The notes: a model not told the origin generated them from the letters alone. A DNA stretch of 64,000 nt from Nannocystales bacterium (GCA_050633305.1 JBOEGF010000007.1:224001-288000); one strand, 5' to 3'; shown: positions 25,978 to 35,376, counted from the first letter of the stretch. Translations and numbers: made by a program.

Positions 25978-27393
25978 ATGCGCCCGATTCATCTGTGCAC
26001 CTCCTTGCTCGTCGCCCTTGGGCTGACGGGGTGCCCAAGCTCCGAGCATGACGACGCCGCGCCGCCGCGCGTGCGGATCGATGCGGAGCGCTACCGGGTC
26101 CCGCTCCTGGGCCAGGAGTACGCCCGCGGAGGCGAGACTCCGCTGGTCACGGTCGTCCTGTACACCGACTATGCCTGCCCGCCATGCGGTCGCACTTGGT
26201 CGGTCATGGACAACCTCCTGGAAGACTACGGGCAGGACCTCCGGGTGATCTTCCGATCATACACGGTCCCGGGCTTTGGCAAGGGCGAGGAGGCGGTCGA
26301 AGCCGCCTTTGCGGCTGGGGAGCAGGGGAAGTTTTGGGAGATGCATGCCGAGCTGTTTGAGCACATCGGTGCCTTCGATCGCCCGACGTTGCGCAAGCAT
26401 GCCCAGGCAGTCGGTCTGGACGTCCCGAAGTTCATGGATGATCTGGACACAGGAGCCCACGCAGGGACGCGGATGCGTCACCGGCGGGAGGCCAAGCGCC
26501 TGGGAATCGTGGGGCTTCCGGTCGCGTTCGTGAATGGCCTGTACATGGCCGGGTACGCCGAGGAAGCGACCTGGCATGCAATCCTCGACGAAGAGATCGC
26601 GCGCTCCAAGGACCTGCTCGCAGCCGGCACGCCTCGGGCCGAGTTGTACGACAAGGTGATGGCCTCGGCGTCGAGCAAGCGAGTCTCTGCGCCCAAGGGG
26701 GCGAAGAAGCTTCAAGAAGAGCTGGCGGACAAGCAGAAGCTCACCAACCCGCCCATCAACCTCGTGGCGCCCACCCACGATGCTCGCTACAGCATCGAAC
26801 CGGGTGAATCCGCGCCGCTGGGCCCCGACACGGCCCCCGTCCAAGTTGTCGAGCTGCTCGACTTTCAGTGTCCCTACTGCCGCAACGCCCACGAGGAGTT
26901 GTTGGAGTTGCGGGAGAAGCACGGTGACGACGTGCAGTTTGTTGTGCGTCACGTGCCGCTGGAGATTCACACTGCCGCCAAGGGGGCGGCAAAAGCCTCT
27001 GTTGCCGCGGGCAAGCAGGGCAAGTTCTGGCCCTATCACGACGCGATCTTTGCTCGCGAAGGCGCGCTGGATCGCAGCGCCTTCATCGCGATGGCCACGG
27101 AGCTGGGGCTCGACGTCGAGCAGTTCAAGGCCGACCTCGACAGCACGCCCGTCGCCCAGGCCGTGGACGACGACTTGCGGATCTCCCTCCGGCTCGGTGT
27201 CGTCGCCACACCCGGCTTCTTCATCAACGGCCGGTACGTCAGTGGGTTCCGACCGGGGCGACTCGGTGGCGTCATCCAAGAAGAACTCGACGCTGCAAAC
27301 AAGCTCGCCGAAGAAGAGGGGGTCCCCCGAGACCAACTCCGGGCCCGTCTGCTCGACGGCGCCATCGGCCCCGAAGGATATCCAAACCCGTGA
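25978..27393 (+). CDS. Lipoprotein with two DsbA/thioredoxin-like domains
   Basis: Lipobox LTGC; DYACPPC...GLP and DFQCPYC...ATP; QGKFW motifs. Confidence 0.85.
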   Translation: MRPIHLCTSLLVALGLTGCPSSEHDDAAPPRVRIDAERYRVPLLGQEYARGGETPLVTVVLYTDYACPPCGRTWSVMDNLLEDYGQDLRVIFRSYTVPGFGKGEEAVEAAFAAGEQGKFWEMHAELFEHIGAFDRPTLRKHAQAVGLDVPKFMDDLDTGAHAGTRMRHRREAKRLGIVGLPVAFVNGLYMAGYAEEATWHAILDEEIARSKDLLAAGTPRAELYDKVMASASSKRVSAPKGAKKLQEELADKQKLTNPPINLVAPTHDARYSIEPGESAPLGPDTAPVQVVELLDFQCPYCRNAHEELLELREKHGDDVQFVVRHVPLEIHTAAKGAAKASVAAGKQGKFWPYHDAIFAREGALDRSAFIAMATELGLDVEQFKADLDSTPVAQAVDDDLRISLRLGVVATPGFFINGRYVSGFRPGRLGGVIQEELDAANKLAEEEGVPRDQLRARLLDGAIGPEGYPNP

Positions 27394-28157
27394 CCACGCT
27401 TCGCATCCTCTCCTCGCTCGCCTTCGCGGCGACGCTCGTCCTCGGTGGTTGCAACAAGAAGAGCGCCGGCCCCGATCCCAAGTACGACAAGCCGGTCGCA
27501 CACATGAACGACGTCGACGACGCCCACGCTGAGCTGGCGCGTGGCGATGGCGACCGGGTTCGGGCGACGTACAAGCCGACCGACGGTATTCGGGGCGCCG
27601 CTGAGCCGCTGGTCACCATCGTCGAGTACAGCGACTTTCAGTGCCCGTTCTGCGGCACCTTCGCGCAGACCGTGCACGAACTCGAGGCGGTCTATCCCGA
27701 AGACCTGCGTGTCGTGTTCCATCAGTTCCCGATGCCCATGCATCCCCAGGCACCCCTCGCTGCCAAGGCTGCCATCGCAGCCCAGACGCAGGGACGGTTT
27801 TGGGCGATGCACGACCACATGTTTGCGCATCGGGCCTCGTTGTCCCGAGAGCAGCTCGTCGAGGCCGCCGGTTCCTTGGGCCTGGACAAGGCGCAGTTCG
27901 AGACCGACCTCGACAGCGAGGAGACCGAAGCGCGACTCAAGCTCGAGAAAACTCTGGGTCGCCGGTTGGGGGTCCGCGGAACCCCATCGTTCTTCATCAA
28001 CGGGCGGAGTTTCTCCGGCGCGATGGATGCTCAAGCGCTCGGCGCGATCATCGATGAAGAGCGCGCGTTCGCGAAGAAGCTGATGGACGCTGGCGTGCCA
28101 CGCAACGAGGTCTACGCCCGAATCATGCGTGCGGCGAAGGTCGCCGGCGCGCGCTGA
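27390..28157 (+). CDS. DsbA/thioredoxin-like lipoprotein (one domain)
   Basis: Lipobox LGGC; SDFQCPFC; QGRFW.MHD; GVRGTPSFFING. Confidence 0.88.
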   Translation: MTTLRILSSLAFAATLVLGGCNKKSAGPDPKYDKPVAHMNDVDDAHAELARGDGDRVRATYKPTDGIRGAAEPLVTIVEYSDFQCPFCGTFAQTVHELEAVYPEDLRVVFHQFPMPMHPQAPLAAKAAIAAQTQGRFWAMHDHMFAHRASLSREQLVEAAGSLGLDKAQFETDLDSEETEARLKLEKTLGRRLGVRGTPSFFINGRSFSGAMDAQALGAIIDEERAFAKKLMDAGVPRNEVYARIMRAAKVAGAR

Positions 28158-28170
28158 GAGGCCCGATTTC

Positions 28171-29580
28171 ATGAGCGAGTCCCCCGAGACCACCGAGTCC
28201 ACTGACGACAAGAAGTCCAGTTCCGGGCCCCTGATGGGGGTGTTGGCGTTCCTCATGGCGCTGGGCTTGGGGTTCCTCATTGGCCGGGTCGTACAAGACG
28301 ACTTCGACGGCCCACCCGTCCTCGACGATGACACCCGCTACGACGTGGACCTACGCGGGGACGAGCCAGTCCGTGGTCCCGAGAACCCGCTGGTCACCGT
28401 TGTCGAGTTCGCGGACTACCAGTGCCCGTACTGTGCGCGGGCCCGCCAGCCTCTCGAGGATGCGATGGCGAAGCGCGACGACGACGTCCGCCTCATCTAC
28501 AAGCACTTCCCGCTCCCGGGTCACCGGCTCGCATTGCCGGCGGCGAAGGCCGCTTGGGCCGCGCATCAGCAGGGCAAGTTTTGGGAGATGCACAAGGACC
28601 TGTTCGAGGCCAACTCCTCGGTCAAGGACATCGCCGCGCGTGCGGAGGCGATGGGGATGGATCCCGAGGTGTTTCTTCGCGACTACGCCAGTCCGGCCGC
28701 AGCGAAGGCGGTCGATGATGACATGCTCGCCGGCGCCAAGCTGGGTGTGACGGGTACGCCGGTCTTCTATGTCAACGGGCATCGCTACGTGGGCTTTCGG
28801 GACAAGGGGCAGTGGACCGAGGTCCTCGAGTTCGAGGCCGACAACGCTGAGCGACTGATCGACGCGGGGACGCCCAAAGAGGGCGTGTACGCGAAGCTCA
28901 TGCAGGGCGCAGTGAAGCAGCGCCGCAGCCGAGATCCCAATCCGCCCAAGCCCGCGCCGCAGCCTGGCGGCCTCGACCCCGACGTCACCTATCGTGTCGA
29001 TGTCGCGGGCCGACCCGCGCTGGGCCCTGCCGACGCCTTGGTCACCGTCGCCGTCTTCAGCGACTTTCAGTGCCCCTACTGCGGTCGGATCGCGCCGTCG
29101 CTACGCGAGCTTGCCGAGTTGGAGAAGGGGGTGCGTGTGGTCTCGATGCAGCTCCCGATCCCTTCGCACCCGCGCGCTCATGATGCGGCGAAGGCCGCGC
29201 TGGCTGCACAGAAACAGGGCAAGTATTGGGAGATGCACGACAAGCTGTTCGAGGTCCGGGAGTCTCTCGGGTCGGCCGACTTCTCCGCGATCGCGGAGGA
29301 GTTGGGCCTCGATGTCACGCAGTTCGAAGCAGACCTGCAGGACGAGGCGATCGAGGAGCAGGTTCGAGCGGACGTCGAGATGGCGCGAGACCTGGGCGTT
29401 CGCTCGACCCCGGCCACATTCGTCAACGGACACTACGTTCGAGGTGCTGTTCCCATCAAGACGCTCCGTCAGGCCGTCGCAGCGCAGCGTCCAATGGCGC
29501 AGGCGCTCGTCGACGCGGGGACGCCGATGGCGGGCGTCTATGAGGCGCTCATGGCCGAAGCCGCCGTGGCTGAGCAATGA
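28171..29580 (+). CDS. Membrane-anchored protein with two DsbA-like domains
   Basis: N-terminal TM; DYQCPYC...GTP and DFQCPYC...STP. Confidence 0.88.
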   Translation: MSESPETTESTDDKKSSSGPLMGVLAFLMALGLGFLIGRVVQDDFDGPPVLDDDTRYDVDLRGDEPVRGPENPLVTVVEFADYQCPYCARARQPLEDAMAKRDDDVRLIYKHFPLPGHRLALPAAKAAWAAHQQGKFWEMHKDLFEANSSVKDIAARAEAMGMDPEVFLRDYASPAAAKAVDDDMLAGAKLGVTGTPVFYVNGHRYVGFRDKGQWTEVLEFEADNAERLIDAGTPKEGVYAKLMQGAVKQRRSRDPNPPKPAPQPGGLDPDVTYRVDVAGRPALGPADALVTVAVFSDFQCPYCGRIAPSLRELAELEKGVRVVSMQLPIPSHPRAHDAAKAALAAQKQGKYWEMHDKLFEVRESLGSADFSAIAEELGLDVTQFEADLQDEAIEEQVRADVEMARDLGVRSTPATFVNGHYVRGAVPIKTLRQAVAAQRPMAQALVDAGTPMAGVYEALMAEAAVAEQ

Positions 29581-30482
29581 GTGCAGATTCTGCTACCGTC
29601 CGAGGCGTGAGCGAGGCGAAGCCCCAGGCCCGGACCGGTCCCGATGCGTTCGGGATGCTCGTCTATGTGCTGTACATCGGCGTGGGCGGTCTGTTGGTCT
29701 TCATGTTCGCGTGGTCGCTGCGCGGTGCCGTCGAGACTCAGAACGCGTCGATCTGTGGCGCGCTTCGACCCGAGTTTCGCTCCCGGGTCACTCCGACGGT
29801 CACCCGCGGCGGGAGCCCGGTCTCCGACGCCGTGTTCAACCCCGACGCGAAGGGGAACGGTGTGGGCACGACGAGCCAGTCCGGTGAACTCTCGTTGCTG
29901 CTCCCGCACGGTCCCCAAGAGATCGTCGTCGTTGCCCCTGGGATGGAGGAGCCCGTACGGTTCGCGCTCGACCTGCCCGGGAGCGAAGAGCTTGCTGTCG
30001 CGTTCGACCTCGACACCGGAGTCGCATCGATCGGCGAGCGCGAGCCGTTCATGGCCCCCGAGTTCACCGCCCAAGATCTCGAGGGCAACGAAGTCTCGTT
30101 GGCGGACTTCCGCGGCAAGTTGGTGCTCGTCAACTTCTGGGCGACCTGGTGCGAGCCCTGCATTACCGAGTGGCCCCAGTTTGACCAACTCGCCCAACGG
30201 CTCGGTGACCGGGACGATGTCGTCATCCTGGCTGTGAGCATCGATGAGAAGCGGGAGGATGTCGCTCCGTTCCTCGAGCGAATGTCGTTGCAGGGGACCG
30301 GCGTGAAGGTGCTCTGGGACCCTTCAACCTCGATCAACAAGGCGTACGGCAGCGACAAGATTCCCGACTCGTTCTTTGTCGACGAGAACGGGAAACTCTC
30401 CTCGGCATTCGTCAACGTGCGCAAGTGGGGCAACCCCGAGGCGTATCACTGCGTGGACGGAACCGTCGGCCTCGGAAAATAG
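29577..30482 (+). CDS. TlpA/CcmG-like thiol:disulfide oxidoreductase with N-terminal TM and extra domain
   Basis: APEF...DLEG..VSLADFRGKLVLVNFWATWCEPC..E.P; IPDSF.VD. Confidence 0.88.
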   Translation: MSADSATVRGVSEAKPQARTGPDAFGMLVYVLYIGVGGLLVFMFAWSLRGAVETQNASICGALRPEFRSRVTPTVTRGGSPVSDAVFNPDAKGNGVGTTSQSGELSLLLPHGPQEIVVVAPGMEEPVRFALDLPGSEELAVAFDLDTGVASIGEREPFMAPEFTAQDLEGNEVSLADFRGKLVLVNFWATWCEPCITEWPQFDQLAQRLGDRDDVVILAVSIDEKREDVAPFLERMSLQGTGVKVLWDPSTSINKAYGSDKIPDSFFVDENGKLSSAFVNVRKWGNPEAYHCVDGTVGLGK

Positions 30483-30547
30483 ACCGACGGGCAATGGTGT
30501 CCTCTTGGGACACTCCATCCCCGCGTCGAAGGCGGGTCCCACCGGCG

Positions 30548-31513
30548 TCAGCGCGGGTCGGCCAGCCACGCCAGCAGCTGCGCGGGCAGGGTGGGGGGCG
30601 CGTGGGAAGACAGCTGCGGCGCTGGGAGTCCGACGTGGCCGCCGCGGTCGAGCATGACCGTGCGCAGCGACTCTCCAGCGGCGTTCAGTGAGGGCAACAC
30701 GGCTGGACCGGGGACCATCGGATCGAACGGCGAGCCGACGTACAGGGCTGGGCAGGCGAGGTCGCGCAGGTGGGGCCCGACGCTCATGCTGCGGTGATAG
30801 TCGGTCACGTCGGTGAACCCGAAACGGGGCACGACGACGGTGCGGTCCCAGTCGCGAATGGTGCGGACCGCATCGACGGTTTCCCACGAGGACGGGACCC
30901 GGGGACCCGAGCCGTGGCGATCGACGACGGCCAGGTAGGCGTCTTTGAGGGCTCCCAGCACGTGGTGGCGGTACGGAAATGCACGCGTGCGGTCGATCGC
31001 TTCGCAAGAGGTGGCGAGGTCGAGCGGGGCACTCACCGCCACGACGGCTTTGAGTTGCTCGAGCGGTTCGAGGGCGAGGCGGAGCGTCGCATGTCCGCCC
31101 AACGAGACGCCCACGACGTGAAGCGTCTCGTGCCTGGCGAGCTCGGGGCTCCGCAGCGCGGCGCGGAGGTCTTGCGCGAGGCCTGCGTGGTAGACGTCCT
31201 CACCATCACCGTTTGCGCCGCGCAGGTCGATGCGCAGACTTGACCAGCCCCGGTCTGCGGCAGCCTTCGCCAGCCCGCGGCAGTAGCCGCTTTGTGACGA
31301 CCCCCCGAGGCCGTGAACGATCAACACCGCGTCCCGTTCGTCCGCCGATCGGGCATAATGGCCGGTCAGACGAGCGGTGTCACCGGCGGTTCCCGGAACA
31401 TCGAGGGCCCACGCCGTGCTGGCGGGAACCTCGACCGGCTGGACCCGATGGCGCGCGTCGGCGAGAATTGTCCAGGCGTGTCCTCCTAGGACACCCGCGA
31501 TGTGCCGGAGCAT
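30548..31513 (-). CDS. Alpha/beta hydrolase (YheT-like)
   Basis: VHGLGGS, YHAG, GVSLGG nucleophile elbow, DPMV, GGHVG. Confidence 0.85.
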   Translation of the reverse strand: MLRHIAGVLGGHAWTILADARHRVQPVEVPASTAWALDVPGTAGDTARLTGHYARSADERDAVLIVHGLGGSSQSGYCRGLAKAAADRGWSSLRIDLRGANGDGEDVYHAGLAQDLRAALRSPELARHETLHVVGVSLGGHATLRLALEPLEQLKAVVAVSAPLDLATSCEAIDRTRAFPYRHHVLGALKDAYLAVVDRHGSGPRVPSSWETVDAVRTIRDWDRTVVVPRFGFTDVTDYHRSMSVGPHLRDLACPALYVGSPFDPMVPGPAVLPSLNAAGESLRTVMLDRGGHVGLPAPQLSSHAPPTLPAQLLAWLADPR

Positions 31514-31516
31514 CGG

Positions 31517-32266
31517 CTACTCGATGACGGCGTTGCCGGCTTGGTCGGACGTGTACCCACCTTCGACGAGGCCGTCGAGGTCGCAGTAGACCCACGTTGC
31601 ACCGCCGTCTCCGGAGACCCGGGCTGCGTAGTCGTACGTGCCCACGTCGCCGAATTGCAGGTCGCCTTGGTATTCGTCGTTGTCGGGCTGTCCTACGTCG
31701 TTGCCGTTCCAGCCGACGTTCCCGGCACCCGATACCCAGCTCCAACCATCGACAGCAGGGTCGGAGGCGTCCGCGCCATACCCGAATTCGACTTCCAGCA
31801 AGGCGTCCGAGTCGTTCCCCGGCGTTTGGTCCGTGAGTCCTTCGACGTAGAGGCGGGCGTATACCGTCGTGACGGTCACGGTGCTCCCCTCGATTGTTCC
31901 GGGGAACTGGAGGTTGCACCACTCGACGTCCCACGCGGCACTGCCGGTGGTGCCATCGCTCGTCGAGCTCGACGTGCTGGTGGTCCCCGACGACGAGGTG
32001 CCGTCTGTGTCGGTCCCCGACGACGAGGTGCCGTCGGTATCCCCACCGGTCGAAGCATCCGTCCCCGAGCTGCTCGAGGTCGAGCCGTCCGTGGTTGGAT
32101 CCGGCGTCGTGTCGGTCACCGACGTCACAGGGATCGTCGTCGCGACCTCATCGGTTGTTGCCGCGTCGTCTCCGGTGGTCCCACTCTGGGCCGGGCCGGT
32201 GTCATCATCGCAGGCAGACAGCGCGATCGCGCAGGCGAGCATGGGCAGGCAAGCCTTGCTGTTCAT
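31517..32266 (-). CDS. Lipoprotein with Ser/Thr/Gly-rich linker and C-terminal beta-rich domain
   Basis: Lipobox LSAC; long T/S/D/G linker; WCNLQFP...NDEY...YDYAAR.SGDGGATWVYCD domain. Confidence 0.75.
   Translation of the reverse strand: MNSKACLPMLACAIALSACDDDTGPAQSGTTGDDAATTDEVATTIPVTSVTDTTPDPTTDGSTSSSSGTDASTGGDTDGTSSSGTDTDGTSSSGTTSTSSSTSDGTTGSAAWDVEWCNLQFPGTIEGSTVTVTTVYARLYVEGLTDQTPGNDSDALLEVEFGYGADASDPAVDGWSWVSGAGNVGWNGNDVGQPDNDEYQGDLQFGDVGTYDYAARVSGDGGATWVYCDLDGLVEGGYTSDQAGNAVIE
31982..32035. repeat. Coding tandem duplication (GGTCCCCGACGACGAGGTGCCGTC x2, 30-nt period)
   Basis: Encodes the DGTSSSGT repeats in the lipoprotein linker. Confidence 0.8.
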
Positions 32267-32475
32267 GAAGTCACGGTACCAGGAGCGATCGGCTGCGCGC
32301 ATAAGATGCGCCGTTCCTACCATCGAGCGGGTCACGAACGTTCGACGCGATTCGCGATCGATGAGGTAGCGGTTCGCCAGAGGTCCTCTGCGGCCTTGCG
32401 CCAACGGCTCAAACGTCGCTGTAGCGTGTCAGGCGCAGCGTTGACCGCCTCAACGGTTAGCGCTAGAACCCGCCC

Positions 32476-32937
32476 GTGCCGAGCGTGGAACCCGCAGAGC
32501 CCTCTGGGCTCAAGCTTCGCTGGGTCTTGGGTGGAATCGCCATCCTCGTCGTTGCGATGGGGATCGCCGGCTACATGCAGCTGGTCCGAAGCCGTGATCA
32601 CTTCGCGGCGACGACCGAAAAGATGGACGCGCTGGGCAAGACGGTCGACACCGAAGGCTGCATCACCGCGGTCCTCGACTGGCATGCGAATTGTGAGGCC
32701 AACAAGCCGCTTTGTGATAACGGCGTGCCAATGGTCATGACCCACTGCCTCCTCGGTCGGGACCGGACCAGCACGTGCGAGACCGTCGACCTGTCCTCTG
32801 CGAAGGCTAAGTGGGTGTTCGATACTTGCCAAGAACGGGGAACCCCCTGCTCCAATCGCAAAACTTGCGCGTGTGCTAGCGCATACCGGGCTATCGACAG
32901 TTTCTGCCGACACGGGCAAGAAGGGGTCGCGCTGTGA
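32476..32937 (+). CDS. Membrane-anchored Cys-rich hypothetical protein (10 Cys)
   Basis: N-terminal TM followed by 10 Cys; its stop overlaps the ctaB start (GTGA). Confidence 0.7.
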   Translation: MPSVEPAEPSGLKLRWVLGGIAILVVAMGIAGYMQLVRSRDHFAATTEKMDALGKTVDTEGCITAVLDWHANCEANKPLCDNGVPMVMTHCLLGRDRTSTCETVDLSSAKAKWVFDTCQERGTPCSNRKTCACASAYRAIDSFCRHGQEGVAL

Positions 32938-33797
32938 AGACTCCAAGCCGAACCGCCGACCTCGTCGCGCTGACCAAGCCATCCATCACCCGGATGTGTC
33001 TGATGATGGCCGGGGGCGGCATGGCGCTCGCGCCCGGCTCGGTCGACTGGGTCACGGGCGTCTCCACCTTCGTGGGTGTCGGCCTGGCTGTCGGTGGCGC
33101 CAACGCGTTCAACATGTGGTGGGAGCGCAACACCGACGGGCTGATGTCCCGGACCAAGCGGCGTCCCTTGCCGACCGGCCGGGTCCGGGCGGCGACTGCC
33201 TTCAAATTCGCGGCGGCGCTCAGCCTCGCTTCGCTCGTCGTGCTGGCGCTGGGCACCAACGTGCTCACCGCGGTTCTCGCCGCGCTCGCCATCTTCAGCT
33301 ACGTCGCCGTCTACACGCCGCTCAAGTACAAGACGCCCTCCGCCCTCATCATCGGAGCGGTGCCCGGTGCGGCGCCTCCTCTTCTGGGTTGGACCGCGGT
33401 CACCGACAGCGTCGATCCTCCCGCGATCGTCCTGTTTGCGATCTTGCTCGTGTGGCAGTTGCCGCACTTCATCGCGATCGCGATCTATCGCAAGCAGGAG
33501 TACGCGCGGGCCGGCATCAAGGTGGTTCCGCTTGTCCGCGGTGAGCCCATCGCGAAGATTCAAGCCGTCGCCTGGGCGCTGGTGCTCGTGCCGCTGACGC
33601 TTCTGCTCGTCCCGGTCGGTGGGGCAGGGCTCATCTACTTCGTTTCGGCCGCGCTGCTCGGTGCCGCGTTCTTGGGTTGGAGTTTCACCGGCCTGGACAA
33701 TGACGCCGGCGTTCGATGGGCTCGCAACTACTTCCTCGCTTCGCTGGTGTACCTGCCAGCGCTCACGTTGGCGTTGGTCGCCGACGTGTTCCTCTAG
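32934..33797 (+). CDS. ctaB: Protoheme IX farnesyltransferase (heme o synthase)
   Basis: LTKP, NMWWER.TD.LM.RT..RPLP.G, YTPLK, GAVPGA.PPL.GW, WQLPHF.AIA, Y..AG. Confidence 0.93.
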   Translation: MKTPSRTADLVALTKPSITRMCLMMAGGGMALAPGSVDWVTGVSTFVGVGLAVGGANAFNMWWERNTDGLMSRTKRRPLPTGRVRAATAFKFAAALSLASLVVLALGTNVLTAVLAALAIFSYVAVYTPLKYKTPSALIIGAVPGAAPPLLGWTAVTDSVDPPAIVLFAILLVWQLPHFIAIAIYRKQEYARAGIKVVPLVRGEPIAKIQAVAWALVLVPLTLLLVPVGGAGLIYFVSAALLGAAFLGWSFTGLDNDAGVRWARNYFLASLVYLPALTLALVADVFL

Positions 33798-33842
33798 GGC
33801 GTTCTTCGCCCATCGCTTTTCGACCGTACCCCCGGGTTTCCC

Positions 33843-34526
33843 ATGGCCGCGCCTCCCCCAGACTTCGAGCCCCCCGCCTGGCTGGAGTTCCTACGTCGCC
33901 ACATTTGGGTGATCATGGGCGGCCTCGCGGTCGTCACGATCACCTTGCTGCGCCCCTACATGCGTCACATTCCGGACCCTCCGGAGGTGATGTTCACGCT
34001 GCCGAGTGACTACGCGTTGGTCGACCACGAAGGTCGACCGTTCAACCCGGAGACGCTCAAAGGAGAGGTGTGGGTGGCGGGCTTCGTGTTCACCCGGTGC
34101 CCGAGCAGTTGCCCCGCGGTGACCCGCGCGATGCAAGACCTCTACGCCCGGTTCGAACGCAACAGCGTCAACGTGAAGATGGTCTCCTTCTCGGTCGATC
34201 CCGAGTACGACACCCCCGAGGTCCTGGGCGCCTATCACGACGAGTTTGCGACCGAGGACGACGAGGCGTGGCGGTTCGTGACCGGCGACCTGCCGGCCGT
34301 CACCGCACTGCTCGAGGGTGGCTTCAAGCTCGGCGTTGGCGACCGGACCGAAGTCGACGGTCTCTTCGACATCGCGCACTCCACCAAGCTCGCCCTCGTC
34401 GATGGCGATGGGAACGTGCGCGGCTTTTACGGGCTCGATCCGACGCCCAGCGTGGATGGGGGGCTCGACGAACTCTATGAGCGAGCCGACCGCGTGATGA
34501 TGATGGAGCGGAGCAAGCGGAAATGA
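33843..34526 (+). CDS. SCO1/SenC copper chaperone
   Basis: FTRCPSSCP (CxxxC), SVDPEYDTP, HSTK.ALVD. Confidence 0.9.
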   Translation: MAAPPPDFEPPAWLEFLRRHIWVIMGGLAVVTITLLRPYMRHIPDPPEVMFTLPSDYALVDHEGRPFNPETLKGEVWVAGFVFTRCPSSCPAVTRAMQDLYARFERNSVNVKMVSFSVDPEYDTPEVLGAYHDEFATEDDEAWRFVTGDLPAVTALLEGGFKLGVGDRTEVDGLFDIAHSTKLALVDGDGNVRGFYGLDPTPSVDGGLDELYERADRVMMMERSKRK

Positions 34527-34963
34527 CGCGCTGCGCAGCACTCGTTGCGGTGGCCGCAGCCACTGCCTCCGTCTCCGCCTGCGAGGAGGATCCCCCCAAG
34601 TTCTCGGCGCCGATGGTGCTCGGAGGCGAAGAGGTTCCCGCGGAGGTGCTCAATGCCGGACATCGCAGCTTCGAGATGCGCTGCGCGAGCTGTCACGGCC
34701 GGGATGGGTCAGGGCAGGGCCCCGCATCCTCCGGCCTGGCCCACCCGCCGCGTGACTTTCGACAAGCCGACTTCAAATACAAGTCGGTCGCCGATGGGGC
34801 ATTGCCTTCCGACGAGGATCTCGACATCACCATCCGCAACGGCAAGCTCGCCAACGGGATGCCCGCGTTCAGCGGCCTGTCGGACGACGACCGGCACGCA
34901 ATCATCCAGTATCTCAAGACCTTCTCGCCCCGCTGGGCCGAGGCAAAGCCGGAGGCATCTTGA
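34523..34963 (+). CDS. Monoheme cytochrome c (probable lipoprotein)
   Basis: Lipobox-like VSAC; CASCHG..G.G.GP; PPRDF; GMPAF. Confidence 0.88.
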   Translation: MTRCAALVAVAAATASVSACEEDPPKFSAPMVLGGEEVPAEVLNAGHRSFEMRCASCHGRDGSGQGPASSGLAHPPRDFRQADFKYKSVADGALPSDEDLDITIRNGKLANGMPAFSGLSDDDRHAIIQYLKTFSPRWAEAKPEAS

Positions 34964-35112
34964 TGATGACGATGGCTCGGTCGACCCACTTTCGAAGCGA
35001 TCATGATCCCTGCGCGAATCGCCGCGGTGATCAGTCTCTCGAACACCTTGCTCATCAACCCCAGGTGGCCGCGGAAACGCGGTTCTCCAGGCTTTCAAAG
35101 CGCATTCCCTTG

Positions 35113-35131
35113 TTGCGGCAACCTGTCGCAA
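35113..35131. promoter_or_regulatory. RegA/PrrA/RegR-like operator upstream of actA
   Basis: Imperfect inverted repeat TTGCGGC-AACCT-GTCGCAA matching GCGnC-N5-GnCGC. Confidence 0.5.
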
Positions 35132-35376
35132 TTGATAGGGTCCGCGCCGGATTCAGCGGGATGTACGCACTTCTTTCCGCCGCGACAGGCACCCCTCGTG
35201 GTTGCTCTCTTTGCTGTACGGATTTCCGTAGGGCGAAGGGCGTCGTTGAATTCGGTTTCGCGGATTCCGCGACTCTCTGCACACCCACCCCATCAAACGT
35301 CGGGGACGACGAACTTGTTTCTTCGCGCACTCGCGAAGTCTTCGAGTCCATGCAGTCCCCCAGGACGGTGAACTAG

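Noticed and set aside
31960..32180. Repeats as a CRISPR array
   Set aside because: Only two copies, in-frame within a Ser/Thr linker; no spacers or cas genes.
34960..35376. Short ORFs in the actA upstream region
   Set aside because: No family motifs and atypical composition; better explained as promoter/leader.
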